This document shows, piece after piece, positions 30,050 to 39,715 of a stretch of 64,000 nucleotides of DNA. This DNA is from Ignavibacteriota bacterium. Lineage in GTDB: Bacteria; Bacteroidota; Ignavibacteria; UBA10030. The stretch is from assembly GCA_963727825.1 (NCBI GenBank), contig CAVSHO010000010.1, positions 197,660 through 261,659 on the forward strand, in the 5' to 3' direction. The position numbers and the translations under genes were made by a program. The notes under the pieces are model-generated. The model ran no database searches and was not told the origin of the DNA. It saw nothing but the letters and a program-made list of their open reading frames with translations. Numbering within the stretch: position 1 is the first letter of the stretch; each line of letters opens with the position of its first letter.

Positions 30050-31660
30050 TTATGGAATCAGTGCGACAGCAGAGCCGCCTTTCGCTATAACATCGACCAG
30101 ATGATTAACTGATGATGTCATTACATTCAACATAAACGACGGATAAATTCCGAGCACAACAACAATGATCGCCAGCGGTACGAGCATAAATATTTCCCGT
30201 CCATCCACATCCGGCATCGCACTCCATTTTTCATTCGCCTTTCCAAGAAACACGCGCTGTAATGTCCACAGCATATACGCAGCAGTAAGAACAATACCCA
30301 GCGTTGACGCCATCGTGACAATGCGTAACTTATCCACTTGAAACGCACCAAGGAAAGAGAACGCTTCTGATACAAATCCGCTTAAGCCGGGTAAACCAAG
30401 CGCCGCAAAAAACGCAACCGCCATAATGCCTGTGTACTTCGGCATTGTTAATGCCAAACCGCCAAACGCATTGAGATCGCGCGTGTGTGCGCGGTCGTAA
30501 ATCACTCCAACGATTAAAAAGAGCATTGCAGTGATCGTACCATGATTAAACATTTGGAATACCGCGCCCATCATGCCTTGCGTATTAAGCGCTGACATAC
30601 CAAGCAAAACAATTCCCATATGGCTCACGCTGGAATACGCAATAAGTTTTTTAAAATCTGTTTGCGCCATAGCGCATAGAGCGCCATAGACAATGTTGAT
30701 GAAGGCTAAAACCGCAAGGGCGAATGCATACTTCTGCGCCAGCTCAGGGAATATTGGAAAACTAATACGAAGGAATCCGTATGCACCCATTTTTAAAAGA
30801 ACACCGGCAAGAATAACACTGATCGCAGTCGGTGCTTCAACGTGTGCATCTGGCAGCCACGTGTGAAATGGAAAGATTGGTACTTTGATTGCAAAACCTA
30901 TGAAGAGCGCTAAATAAGCGAGTGTGCGCATTTGCGTTCCGAAACCGGCAAGCAACGAGTTCGGCTCAAAGTTTGCGGGATTCATCATTGCCAGTAAATT
31001 GAATGTGTGCAGCTTCTCACCCGATGCTGGATCAATGACTGTTACACTGAAATAGAGTGCAATCATCGCCAAGAGCATCAGCACACTGCCAGCAAGCGTA
31101 TAAAGGAAGAACTTGATAGCGGCATATTCACGCCGCGGTCCGCCCCAAACACCGATGAGGAAGTACATCGGAAGCAGCATTAATTCCCAGAAAACATAGA
31201 AGAGGAAAAAATCAAGCGAGACAAACACGCCCATCATTCCTGTATCGAGAAGCAGCAGCATCACCATATATCCTTTGAGCGCTTTGTCAATCTTCCACGA
31301 AGCAATGACTGCAACGAAACTGATAAGCGCTGTAAGAATTACCATCGGCACACTTATACCATCGACGCCAAGAAAGTATTCGATCAGCACACGCCCGAAC
31401 CACGACACGCCTTTGATATCGATCCATTTCGCTTTCTCGACGAATTGCATCCCTTCTTGCGAATTGATGCCGCCAAGATTGTAATTGAAGTTTGCATAGA
31501 TCATGACAGCAAGCACGACCTGCAGAAAAGTAATGCCGACCGCAGTCCACTTCATTGCGGCGCGCGCTTCCTTGGGAATCAGCAGGACAATAATCATGCC
31601 AATAACAGGCAAGAATGTAATCCAGCTTAATATTCCGATACCAAATAATTGAAATGTCAT
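30050..31660 (-). CDS. nuoM: NADH-quinone oxidoreductase subunit M
   Basis: FWELMLLPM, KVPIFPFHTWLPDAHVEAP and LLKMG motifs. Confidence 0.95.
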   Translation of the reverse strand: MTFQLFGIGILSWITFLPVIGMIIVLLIPKEARAAMKWTAVGITFLQVVLAVMIYANFNYNLGGINSQEGMQFVEKAKWIDIKGVSWFGRVLIEYFLGVDGISVPMVILTALISFVAVIASWKIDKALKGYMVMLLLLDTGMMGVFVSLDFFLFYVFWELMLLPMYFLIGVWGGPRREYAAIKFFLYTLAGSVLMLLAMIALYFSVTVIDPASGEKLHTFNLLAMMNPANFEPNSLLAGFGTQMRTLAYLALFIGFAIKVPIFPFHTWLPDAHVEAPTAISVILAGVLLKMGAYGFLRISFPIFPELAQKYAFALAVLAFINIVYGALCAMAQTDFKKLIAYSSVSHMGIVLLGMSALNTQGMMGAVFQMFNHGTITAMLFLIVGVIYDRAHTRDLNAFGGLALTMPKYTGIMAVAFFAALGLPGLSGFVSEAFSFLGAFQVDKLRIVTMASTLGIVLTAAYMLWTLQRVFLGKANEKWSAMPDVDGREIFMLVPLAIIVVVLGIYPSFMLNVMTSSVNHLVDVIAKGGSAVALIP

Positions 31661-31698
31661 TAGTCTCAACTCCTTAAAAAAACTTTTTCATACTCGTG

Positions 31699-33972
31699 TC
31701 ATCTGAACCACAAGAAAAACACCATTACACCAAATAATGCAAAGGCAAGATACGTTTGCACTTTTCCTGTTTGAAGTTTTCGTGCCAGCAAACCGAAAAA
31801 ACCTGCCAGATATGCAAAGAGATTCACTATGCCATCGATGATCGAATTATCAAAACCGCCGACGCCGACGTAGAATAAGAAGAATGACAATGCAGCAGCA
31901 CCCAAACCAAGCACGCCGCATTCTATCATTACAACAGCGCTTCCATTCCCCGCCATCAGACCTACAGTTACTTGCCATCCAATAAAGAGCGACAGCAAAG
32001 CGAAAACAATAAGGTAAAATATTGAACCAGCTATTCCCTCTTCCCAAGTATGTTTGACGCCATGCGTAATTCCAACTGTCCACTTTGCAACACCATTTAC
32101 AACGCCATCGATAACGACATTGTCAAACCAGCGATAAGCAGCTGCGAGAGCATCGGTTCCATTCACAAATGTCGCCTGATATAACTCATCGAAATACCAT
32201 TTATTGAGGAAAAATTTATAGAGATATTTAAGCACAGGTGCCGATGCAATTGCATCGGCATTAATTTTCTTCCAGTAATATGTTGTGAAGGCAATAAGAA
32301 TTCCAATGCCTGCCACACTGAGCGAGAGAAGCATTGCAAGATTATGAGAATTATGAAGTGTTTCATTGAACATTTCTGTGTTCACTGCTGCCACTGCCGC
32401 AGGAACAACTGATTCAGGACGAGCAACTGCTTGGTAGAACCATCCAGACGATGCGCCAAATGGATTGAAACTATAAAATGCAAAGAACGATAGTATTGCA
32501 AACATGACAAGCGGAACCGTCATTACCCAGGGTGATTCATGAATTGCATCGAAGCGGTGATGATCTTTGTGTTCTCCGAGAAATGTTAATATTACAAGAC
32601 GAAACATGTAGAACGCCGTTAGTCCGGCTACAAAAAACCCAATAACCGGAATAATCCAATGCCAGCCGCCGTGAAGATTTCCGAACGCTAATGTGCCCGC
32701 AAGAATTTCATCTTTACTTAAAAATCCGGATGTGAACGGTACGCCGCAAATCGCCAGTGTGTACATCATGAATGTCCAGAACGTAATAGGCATCTTCGTA
32801 CGAAGCCCACCCATATTACGAATATCTTGTGCATCGGTACTTTGATCGTTTGCATGGTGCAAAGCGTTGTGCATCGCATAAATGACTGAACCGGAACCGA
32901 GAAAAAGTCCGGCTTTGAACATCGCGTGTGTAGTTAAATGGAAAAACCCGGCCGTGTACGCACCGACGCCGAGTCCCATTATCATATAGCCAAGTTGACT
33001 TACCGTAGAGTATGCAAGCACTTTTTTAATATCGTTCTGTGTTATCGCAATTGTCGCAGAAATGAAAGCTGTAATTGCACCTATGTAAGCAATCACCGTC
33101 AATGCGTCAGCCGTCATCATAACAAATGTACGCGTCACTAAATATACACCTGCCGCAACCATTGTTGCAGCGTGAATCAGCGCGCTGACGGGTGTTGGGC
33201 CTTCCATTGCATCCGGCAACCATACATGCAGCGGAAATTGTGCCGACTTGCCAATTGCGCCACAGAATATGAGCAGACCAGCAGCAGTCAACCAGGCTTC
33301 GCTTCCAAATGGGATATGCCCTGCCTTCATCGCTTCAAATATTGCATCAAAAGTAAAAGTGTGAAATGTGTTGAACAGAATCAAAATGCCGATGAACATT
33401 CCGACATCGCCAATGCGAGTAACGATGAACGCTTTCTTCGCTGCATCGGAAGCCGACTTCTTTTCAAACCAATGACCAATTAGTAGATACGAACTAAGCC
33501 CCACTAATTCCCACGACACATACATCAGCAATAAATTATTAGTGAGAACAATACCGAACATTGAAAAAGAAAATAAGCCAAGATATGCGAAATAACGGCC
33601 ATAGCGGACGTCATCTTTCATATAGCCGATGGAAAACAAATGCACAAGCGAACTGACGATACAAACTACGACGAGCATAATTGCAGCAACGTTATCGATC
33701 ATGAAACCAAGATCGATTTGCATCGCGCCTGTACCGGGCACGCTTCCGAAATTCACCCATGTGAATGTTGCCTGCAGGGTCTGGTCGTGATAATAATTAA
33801 GCTTCGTGAAAAGGATCGTCAATGAAAGTGCAAGTGCGGCAAAGAGAATTGATGTGCCAAACCAATCACCAGAACGCGGTAAACGTTTATGGAAAAAGAT
33901 CAGCACAGCAAAGTCCGCTAATGGAACCAGCCAAACGATGAGTGCGAGAGTAAGTAAAGTTTCTTGAGACAT
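31699..33972 (-). CDS. nuoL: NADH-quinone oxidoreductase subunit L (long, 757 aa)
   Basis: KSAQFPLHVWLPDAMEGPTPVSALIHAATMV and THAMFKA motifs. Confidence 0.95.
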   Translation of the reverse strand: MSQETLLTLALIVWLVPLADFAVLIFFHKRLPRSGDWFGTSILFAALALSLTILFTKLNYYHDQTLQATFTWVNFGSVPGTGAMQIDLGFMIDNVAAIMLVVVCIVSSLVHLFSIGYMKDDVRYGRYFAYLGLFSFSMFGIVLTNNLLLMYVSWELVGLSSYLLIGHWFEKKSASDAAKKAFIVTRIGDVGMFIGILILFNTFHTFTFDAIFEAMKAGHIPFGSEAWLTAAGLLIFCGAIGKSAQFPLHVWLPDAMEGPTPVSALIHAATMVAAGVYLVTRTFVMMTADALTVIAYIGAITAFISATIAITQNDIKKVLAYSTVSQLGYMIMGLGVGAYTAGFFHLTTHAMFKAGLFLGSGSVIYAMHNALHHANDQSTDAQDIRNMGGLRTKMPITFWTFMMYTLAICGVPFTSGFLSKDEILAGTLAFGNLHGGWHWIIPVIGFFVAGLTAFYMFRLVILTFLGEHKDHHRFDAIHESPWVMTVPLVMFAILSFFAFYSFNPFGASSGWFYQAVARPESVVPAAVAAVNTEMFNETLHNSHNLAMLLSLSVAGIGILIAFTTYYWKKINADAIASAPVLKYLYKFFLNKWYFDELYQATFVNGTDALAAAYRWFDNVVIDGVVNGVAKWTVGITHGVKHTWEEGIAGSIFYLIVFALLSLFIGWQVTVGLMAGNGSAVVMIECGVLGLGAAALSFFLFYVGVGGFDNSIIDGIVNLFAYLAGFFGLLARKLQTGKVQTYLAFALFGVMVFFLWFR

Positions 33973-34046
33973 AATTAGTAAATTTTCAATCTACAATTTT
34001 CAAATTCCAATTTATTGGATATGTGCTTCTTTGTGTTCTTCGTGGA

Positions 34047-34379
34047 TCAGTCTTTCAATTGATTGATTTCGTCTACGTTCACAGTGTTGAAGTTTTGATA
34101 GATGTTCAAAATGATTGCCAGCGCAATTGCTGCTTCTGCCGCGGCAAGAATAATTACAAAAATCGCTACCACATGCCCATCAAGTGACGTGGTGACATAA
34201 CGCGAGAATGCAACGAAATTAACATTGGCGGCATTCAGTATAAGTTCGACACCCATCAGAACCATAATGGCGTTGCGCCGCGTTAAAATGGCAAATATGC
34301 CAAGCGAGAACAACAGTCCGCTGAGAATGAGAAAATGCATCAGTCCCGGATGTTGTAGAAAATTTATAATATCTTGCAT
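34047..34379 (-). CDS. nuoK: NADH-quinone oxidoreductase subunit K
   Basis: RRNAI.VLMGVELILNA and AAAEAA motifs. Confidence 0.95.
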   Translation of the reverse strand: MQDIINFLQHPGLMHFLILSGLLFSLGIFAILTRRNAIMVLMGVELILNAANVNFVAFSRYVTTSLDGHVVAIFVIILAAAEAAIALAIILNIYQNFNTVNVDEINQLKD

Positions 34380-34385
34380 AAATAT

Positions 34386-34889
34386 TTACGCTTTCTTCTC
34401 TCTTCGTGCAATCATTGCTGCACCGATTAATGCAACAAGTAATATCACAGATGCAACTTCAAATGGTAACAAGTATTTTGTCAAGAGCAGTTCACCGATT
34501 TTCGGAGCGGTCGTTTCTACTATTGGCAATTGCGAATTCACTTTCCAGTCTGTTATCCAAAAGACCCAAACCAGCCCCCCTCCAATACACGCGGCAATAA
34601 GTATTGCCGGTAATGTTTGAATAGTGCCCGTTTTAGCATCTACATTAATTTGATGACTCGTCAGCATTACGCCGAACAAAACCAACACCATAATTCCGCC
34701 GACATATATAAGCAGTTGTGTAACAGCAATAAAGTCGGCAAGAAGAAAAATATAAATTCCCGCTACACCGAAGAATGCAAACAACAGCGCAAATGCCGAA
34801 CGTACAATGTTTCTAGACAATACAACAATGCACGCCGATCCCAGCGTAACCATAGCAAAGAAATAAAATATTATTGTGTAGAAATCCAT
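34386..34889 (-). CDS. nuoJ: NADH-quinone oxidoreductase subunit J
   Basis: QLLIYVGGI and YLLPFEVAS motifs. Confidence 0.95.
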   Translation of the reverse strand: MDFYTIIFYFFAMVTLGSACIVVLSRNIVRSAFALLFAFFGVAGIYIFLLADFIAVTQLLIYVGGIMVLVLFGVMLTSHQINVDAKTGTIQTLPAILIAACIGGGLVWVFWITDWKVNSQLPIVETTAPKIGELLLTKYLLPFEVASVILLVALIGAAMIARREKKA

Positions 34890-34957
34890 AAGTATCAAGT
34901 TCAAAGTTAAAAGTATAAAGCTAAAAGCATAAAAGCATTTCTATCGTTTTAAATTAA

Positions 34958-35590
34958 TTACACTTTATCGCTGCCAGGTACTACTGGAGAATCTGGTTTT
35001 ATCGGCGGAGGCGTCACCGGTGCCGCTGAAGCTGAGGACGCAGGTGATTCTTTTGCAGCCGCGGCGGCAGATGCTTTCTTCGCCGCCTGTTCTTCATTAT
35101 ACTTTTCTAATCTGTATTGTGCTGCTGTGATTTCTTCCGATGTCATACTGCTGAAACTATATATCAAATTTTTCCTGTCATATTCCGAAAATTCATACAC
35201 ATCTGTCATAACAATACATTCCGTTGGGCATGGCCACACACAGAGTCCACAGTAGCAGCATTTCGCAATGTCTATATCGAAACGGGGAATGTAGAGACGC
35301 TTCTTTGTGTTTTTTGAAGTCATTCCCAAATCCATGTCCGGAGTCGATTTGATCGTTTCAATCGTGATACAATCTACCGGGCATGCAATTGCACATTGAT
35401 CACAGCCGATGCAATCGTCGATATTGACAAATAGACGGTTGCGTCCCCGTTCGGGAATTGTCATTTTGACGTTCGGATATTGAACAGTCGCCGAGCGAGT
35501 AAAGATATGCTTGATTGTAATTTTCATTCCCACTACAACTGTATAAAGAGAATGAAAAATACTATAAAAATATGTTCCTATTGCCGACAT
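34958..35590 (-). CDS. nuoI: NADH-quinone oxidoreductase subunit I
   Basis: Two CxxCxxCxxxCP clusters; Ala/Pro-rich tail. Confidence 0.95.
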   Translation of the reverse strand: MSAIGTYFYSIFHSLYTVVVGMKITIKHIFTRSATVQYPNVKMTIPERGRNRLFVNIDDCIGCDQCAIACPVDCITIETIKSTPDMDLGMTSKNTKKRLYIPRFDIDIAKCCYCGLCVWPCPTECIVMTDVYEFSEYDRKNLIYSFSSMTSEEITAAQYRLEKYNEEQAAKKASAAAAAKESPASSASAAPVTPPPIKPDSPVVPGSDKV

Positions 35591-35639
35591 TAAGAATTTA
35601 TGATTTACGATTTTTAATTATCAATGTTAAATTTTCTTT

Positions 35640-36683
35640 TCATATTACTAAAATCAAACCTACAGCAAGAATGCAAACAAAGAGCCATGGTGTTAAGACT
35701 TTCCATGAAACAAACATCAGTTGATCGACACGTAAACGTGGAAGCGTCCACCGAAGCCAAATTTGCATCAGCATAAACATATACGCTTTTACTACAAACC
35801 AGAAGATGCCCCATACAGGTCCTGACATAAACCCGCCAAATGGACTAGACCATCCGCCAAGAAAGAGCGATACGACGACTGCCGACACAGTGAATAAATT
35901 GGCATACTCTGAAAGATAAAACATAGCGAACCGCATACCGCTGTATTCTGTATTAAATCCCTGCACCAACTCCGATTCAGCTTCAGGTAAATCAAACGGC
36001 GTACGGTTGACTTCGGCAATGGAAGCAACGAACATAATAAGAAACGTGACAAGCGTGAACGGCATCAGCATCAATTTCTGCGCCCAAGGCAATGGGCCAC
36101 CAAACACAATCCAATTTCCAATACCACCATCTTGAAACTTTGTAACATCCTGCAGATTCAGCGATCCGGTAATCATCACAACAATGATGATAGCGAGCGC
36201 TGTCGGAATTTCGTAGCTGATCATTTGTGATGCCGAGCGGATTCCGCCGATAAGCGACCATTTATTGTTGGACGCCCATCCAGCCATGAGAATTCCGATG
36301 ACAACAAAGGAGCCGACCGCTACTAAAAAAAATGCACCAAGATTGATATTGGAACCGATATATATGCTGCTGAATGGAAGCACAGCGTATGCGACATACG
36401 TTCCAGTAAATGCGATAAAAGGCGCGACGCGAAATAACAGCTTATCTGCTTTCGCTGGAATAATATCTTCCTTTTGCAAAAGCTTAAGCATATCAGCGAT
36501 GGGCTGAAGCACACCATGCCAGCCGGTACGCATATATGCAACACGATCCTGAATGTGTGCGGCTACTTTCATTTCCGTATAGAGTACCACCAATACTATC
36601 AGAACGATGAAGACAAGCGGAAGTGCGCTCAGAAGAATTGAGACGAGCAACTGATTTGCAAGTAATGTTTGAATGAATTCCAT
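35640..36683 (-). CDS. nuoH: NADH-quinone oxidoreductase subunit H
   Basis: ADMLKL, RTPFDLPEAESEL and PRLRVDQLM motifs. Confidence 0.95.
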   Translation of the reverse strand: MEFIQTLLANQLLVSILLSALPLVFIVLIVLVVLYTEMKVAAHIQDRVAYMRTGWHGVLQPIADMLKLLQKEDIIPAKADKLLFRVAPFIAFTGTYVAYAVLPFSSIYIGSNINLGAFFLVAVGSFVVIGILMAGWASNNKWSLIGGIRSASQMISYEIPTALAIIIVVMITGSLNLQDVTKFQDGGIGNWIVFGGPLPWAQKLMLMPFTLVTFLIMFVASIAEVNRTPFDLPEAESELVQGFNTEYSGMRFAMFYLSEYANLFTVSAVVVSLFLGGWSSPFGGFMSGPVWGIFWFVVKAYMFMLMQIWLRWTLPRLRVDQLMFVSWKVLTPWLFVCILAVGLILVI

Positions 36684-36699
36684 TGTTCGTATTTATTGT

Positions 36700-37905
36700 T
36701 TATCTGTCAACTTCACCAAGTACAATATCAATACTTCCTGCAGTGAGTACCAGGTCGGCGATTAAACCGCCGCGGGCAATTTCTGGAAGAACACTCAGGT
36801 TCACAAATGCAGGCCCGCGCGCTTTCACGCGGAACGGGCTTGCCGTGCCATCGCTGATAATATAATATCCTAATTCACCGCGCGATGCTTCTGTACGGAC
36901 ATAAATTTCTGCACCTTTTTCTGGACGAATGCGTTTTGGTATCGCCGCCTTCACATTCCCTGCCGGTAATTCATCAAGCGCCTGATCTATGATATGAAGA
37001 CTCTGTTCCATCTCGCGCATACGAACGATATGTCTATCCCAGCAATCGCCGACCGTGCCCACTTCGCCTTTGCCAATCTGCGGCTGCCAATCTAGTTTGT
37101 GATAAATGGAATACGGATCATCGCGGCGTAAATCCCAATTCACGCCGGAACCACGAAGCTGTGGTCCGCTGACTGCATAATTAATAGCGACATCTTTCGG
37201 TAAGACACCTACGTTCGCTGTTCGCTTGACAAAGATCTCATTGTAGGTCAGCAAGTCGTTCAACATCTTAATTCGTGGACGGAAATACTTTATAAACGCT
37301 TTTGCCTGTTCAATAAAATTCGGCGGCAGGTCATGCGAAAGGCCGCCAATCCAAATATAATTATAAAGTAATCGCGCGCCGCATGTCATTTCGAACAAGT
37401 CGAGAATTTTTTCACGGTCGATAAAGGTATAGAGAAAAGGTGTGAACGCACCGGAGTCGATACCGTATGTGCCTACAGCGATCAAGTGACTGGCAATTCT
37501 CTGCAGTTCCGCCATAATTACACGGATATATTCTACGCGCTCCGGAACTTCGATCTTGAGTAATCTTTCTGCGGCAAGCGCAAACGCCCATTCGTTGGTC
37601 ATTGCTGAACAATAATCCATTCGGTCTGCGTAGGGAATGACCTGCTGGTAATTTGTCATATGCTCACAGTGTTTCTCGAAACACCGATGCAGATATCCGA
37701 TATGCGGGATGCAATCGACGATAATTTCGCCATCAACAACAATTTCGAGCCGCAGTACGCCATGCGTGGACGGATGTTGCGGGCCCATGTTAATAATCAT
37801 TTCTTCCGTGCGAATTGTTTTACCCGTTGAAGTCTTGATATGACCGGGTTTAACAGTATAATTTGTTGGAAGAGTCGGCGGTTGCAGCATAGTTGAGTCA
37901 GTCAT
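36700..37905 (-). CDS. nuoD: NADH-quinone oxidoreductase subunit D
   Basis: NMGPQHPSTHGVLRL, GYLHR and D..LGEVDR motifs. Confidence 0.96.
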   Translation of the reverse strand: MTDSTMLQPPTLPTNYTVKPGHIKTSTGKTIRTEEMIINMGPQHPSTHGVLRLEIVVDGEIIVDCIPHIGYLHRCFEKHCEHMTNYQQVIPYADRMDYCSAMTNEWAFALAAERLLKIEVPERVEYIRVIMAELQRIASHLIAVGTYGIDSGAFTPFLYTFIDREKILDLFEMTCGARLLYNYIWIGGLSHDLPPNFIEQAKAFIKYFRPRIKMLNDLLTYNEIFVKRTANVGVLPKDVAINYAVSGPQLRGSGVNWDLRRDDPYSIYHKLDWQPQIGKGEVGTVGDCWDRHIVRMREMEQSLHIIDQALDELPAGNVKAAIPKRIRPEKGAEIYVRTEASRGELGYYIISDGTASPFRVKARGPAFVNLSVLPEIARGGLIADLVLTAGSIDIVLGEVDR

Positions 37906-37911
37906 TCAATG

Positions 37912-38415
37912 TTAGTACGGAACCTTCATACCGTGATAAAATTCCTGGACCTTATAATCCTTGCGAAGCGGATTGCCTTCCCAATCATCCGGCAGCAAAA
38001 TACGGCGCAGATCAGGATGTCCATCGATGATGATGCCAAAGAGGTCGAACACTTCGCGCTCGTGCCAATTGGCGGTTCCCCACACATCGCTGACAGATTG
38101 AACGTGCGGATTTTCTTTCTTGCAAAAAGTTTTAAGGACAATCTTGTGTTTATTAACCATCGAGGCAAGATGATAGACAATTCCGAGCGTTCCGTTATTG
38201 TAATCGACTCCGCTCAAGCATGAAAGATAATCGAATTGCATCTCACTATCATCGCGGAGGAAAAAACAGATGTCCTTGATTTTATCAGGAGCGATACCAA
38301 TCCATGCTTGCATCACGTATCCGGCGGCGGATCCACCCGCGGCGGAACTTTTTTCCTCAATTAGTGCATCGCCAAATTTAGTTTTTAAAACATCAAATAT
38401 TTCTTGAGCTGTCAT
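37912..38415 (-). CDS. nuoC: NADH-quinone oxidoreductase subunit C (with in-frame SAAGGSAAG insertion)
   Basis: ANWHEREVFDLFGI..GHPDLRRIL..GNPLRKD motifs. Confidence 0.95.
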   Translation of the reverse strand: MTAQEIFDVLKTKFGDALIEEKSSAAGGSAAGYVMQAWIGIAPDKIKDICFFLRDDSEMQFDYLSCLSGVDYNNGTLGIVYHLASMVNKHKIVLKTFCKKENPHVQSVSDVWGTANWHEREVFDLFGIIIDGHPDLRRILLPDDWEGNPLRKDYKVQEFYHGMKVPY

Positions 38416-38420
38416 TATTC

Positions 38421-38912
38421 CTACGCCCGTTTCTTTACCAAGCTTTCCTTGCGCACCATCTCTTGCAGTTTCATAATTCCTTCTAATAATGCTTCAGGAC
38501 GTGGTGGGCACCCGGGTATATAAACATCAACAGGAATTACCCGATCTACACCTTTCAATACATGATAACCATGTTCCCAATACGGCCCGCCGCAATTGGA
38601 ACAACTTCCCATCGAAATAATATATCGCGGCTCAGACATTTGATCGTACAAACGCTTTATACGAGATGCCATTTTAATCGTTACTGTTCCGGCAACAAAC
38701 ATCACATCCACTTGACGCGGAGTTGCGCGCGGAATAACACCAAATCGCATAATATCGAAATTGGAGGCCGATGCAGCCATCATTTCAATTGCACAGCAAG
38801 CAAGACCGAACTGCATCTGCCAGAGTGATGATAGACGAGCCCAATTCAGAAGATCATCAAGTTTAGTGATAAAAACGTTGCCATTTTCAAATCGTTGATC
38901 AAGAAGTCCCAC
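38421..38912 (-). CDS. nuoB: NADH-quinone oxidoreductase subunit B
   Basis: [14 protein letters not shown] and PGCPPRPE motifs. Confidence 0.96.
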   Translation of the reverse strand: MGLLDQRFENGNVFITKLDDLLNWARLSSLWQMQFGLACCAIEMMAASASNFDIMRFGVIPRATPRQVDVMFVAGTVTIKMASRIKRLYDQMSEPRYIISMGSCSNCGGPYWEHGYHVLKGVDRVIPVDVYIPGCPPRPEALLEGIMKLQEMVRKESLVKKRA

Positions 38913-38917
38913 GCACT

Positions 38918-39379
38918 TTACTCCACGCTTTCATTAATATCATCATTTGAAATTGCAGAAGGGCTTTTCATACGCCCCGCCGTGACTATTGTTCGATTGA
39001 TGACAGAAATTTGCGGGTTTGGTTTGTCCCAACTCAAGTCTCCCTTCACCCACACATACGCATATCCAATAATCAGGATAAAAAGAAAAATTGCCATTTC
39101 TAAAAAGCCTAAAATGCCGAATTGCCGATATATGAGTGCCCACGGAAAGAGAAACGCAACTTCAACATCGAAAATCAGATAGACAAGTGCGGTAACATAA
39201 AAGCGGACATTGAGGCGAATCCACGCGCTGCCGATCGGTTCTTCACCGCATTCATACGTGGCATTTTTTTCTGGATATGGACGATGTGGACGAAATATCC
39301 AAGCACCTAACAAACCGAGAGCAACAAAAATTGCACCAATCAATATAAATATAAAAGCTTTACCAAATTCTGTTAACAT
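38918..39379 (-). CDS. nuoA: NADH-quinone oxidoreductase subunit A
   Basis: YECG and FDVE..FLFPW motifs. Confidence 0.95.
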   Translation of the reverse strand: MLTEFGKAFIFILIGAIFVALGLLGAWIFRPHRPYPEKNATYECGEEPIGSAWIRLNVRFYVTALVYLIFDVEVAFLFPWALIYRQFGILGFLEMAIFLFILIIGYAYVWVKGDLSWDKPNPQISVINRTIVTAGRMKSPSAISNDDINESVE

Positions 39380-39480
39380 AAGATACTAATAAAATTTTCT
39401 CAATTCTGAAGTAAAAAAACTCATAAAGCAGTGATTAATATACTGGAAACTTGCCGGTTTGTCAAGAAACACGGAGATGT

Positions 39481-39643
39481 GGTAGAGTCTCAATTCAACA
39501 TAGTTTGTCAGTGATGTCAGGAATTTCTTCCTGACATTCAACGGTATCGGTCAGGACAGCCGGAGGCCTAAGAATACAATCGTGCACTGCACGATTCAAA
39601 TTCTTTTGATTCCCGCCTGACCGCACTAAACTGAGACACTACT
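39481..39643. mobile_element. Non-autonomous MITE, 163 bp
   Basis: Imperfect terminal inverted repeats ggtagagtctcaatt / aaactgagacactact, flanked by the 8-bp direct repeat GGAGATGT (39473-39480 and 39644-39651). Confidence 0.75.
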
Positions 39644-39715
39644 GGAGATGTTCATCTCCATGGATGGATAGAGAGTGATTGGATATTAATTTCTGTTCAA
39701 GTGTTGAATTGAAAA

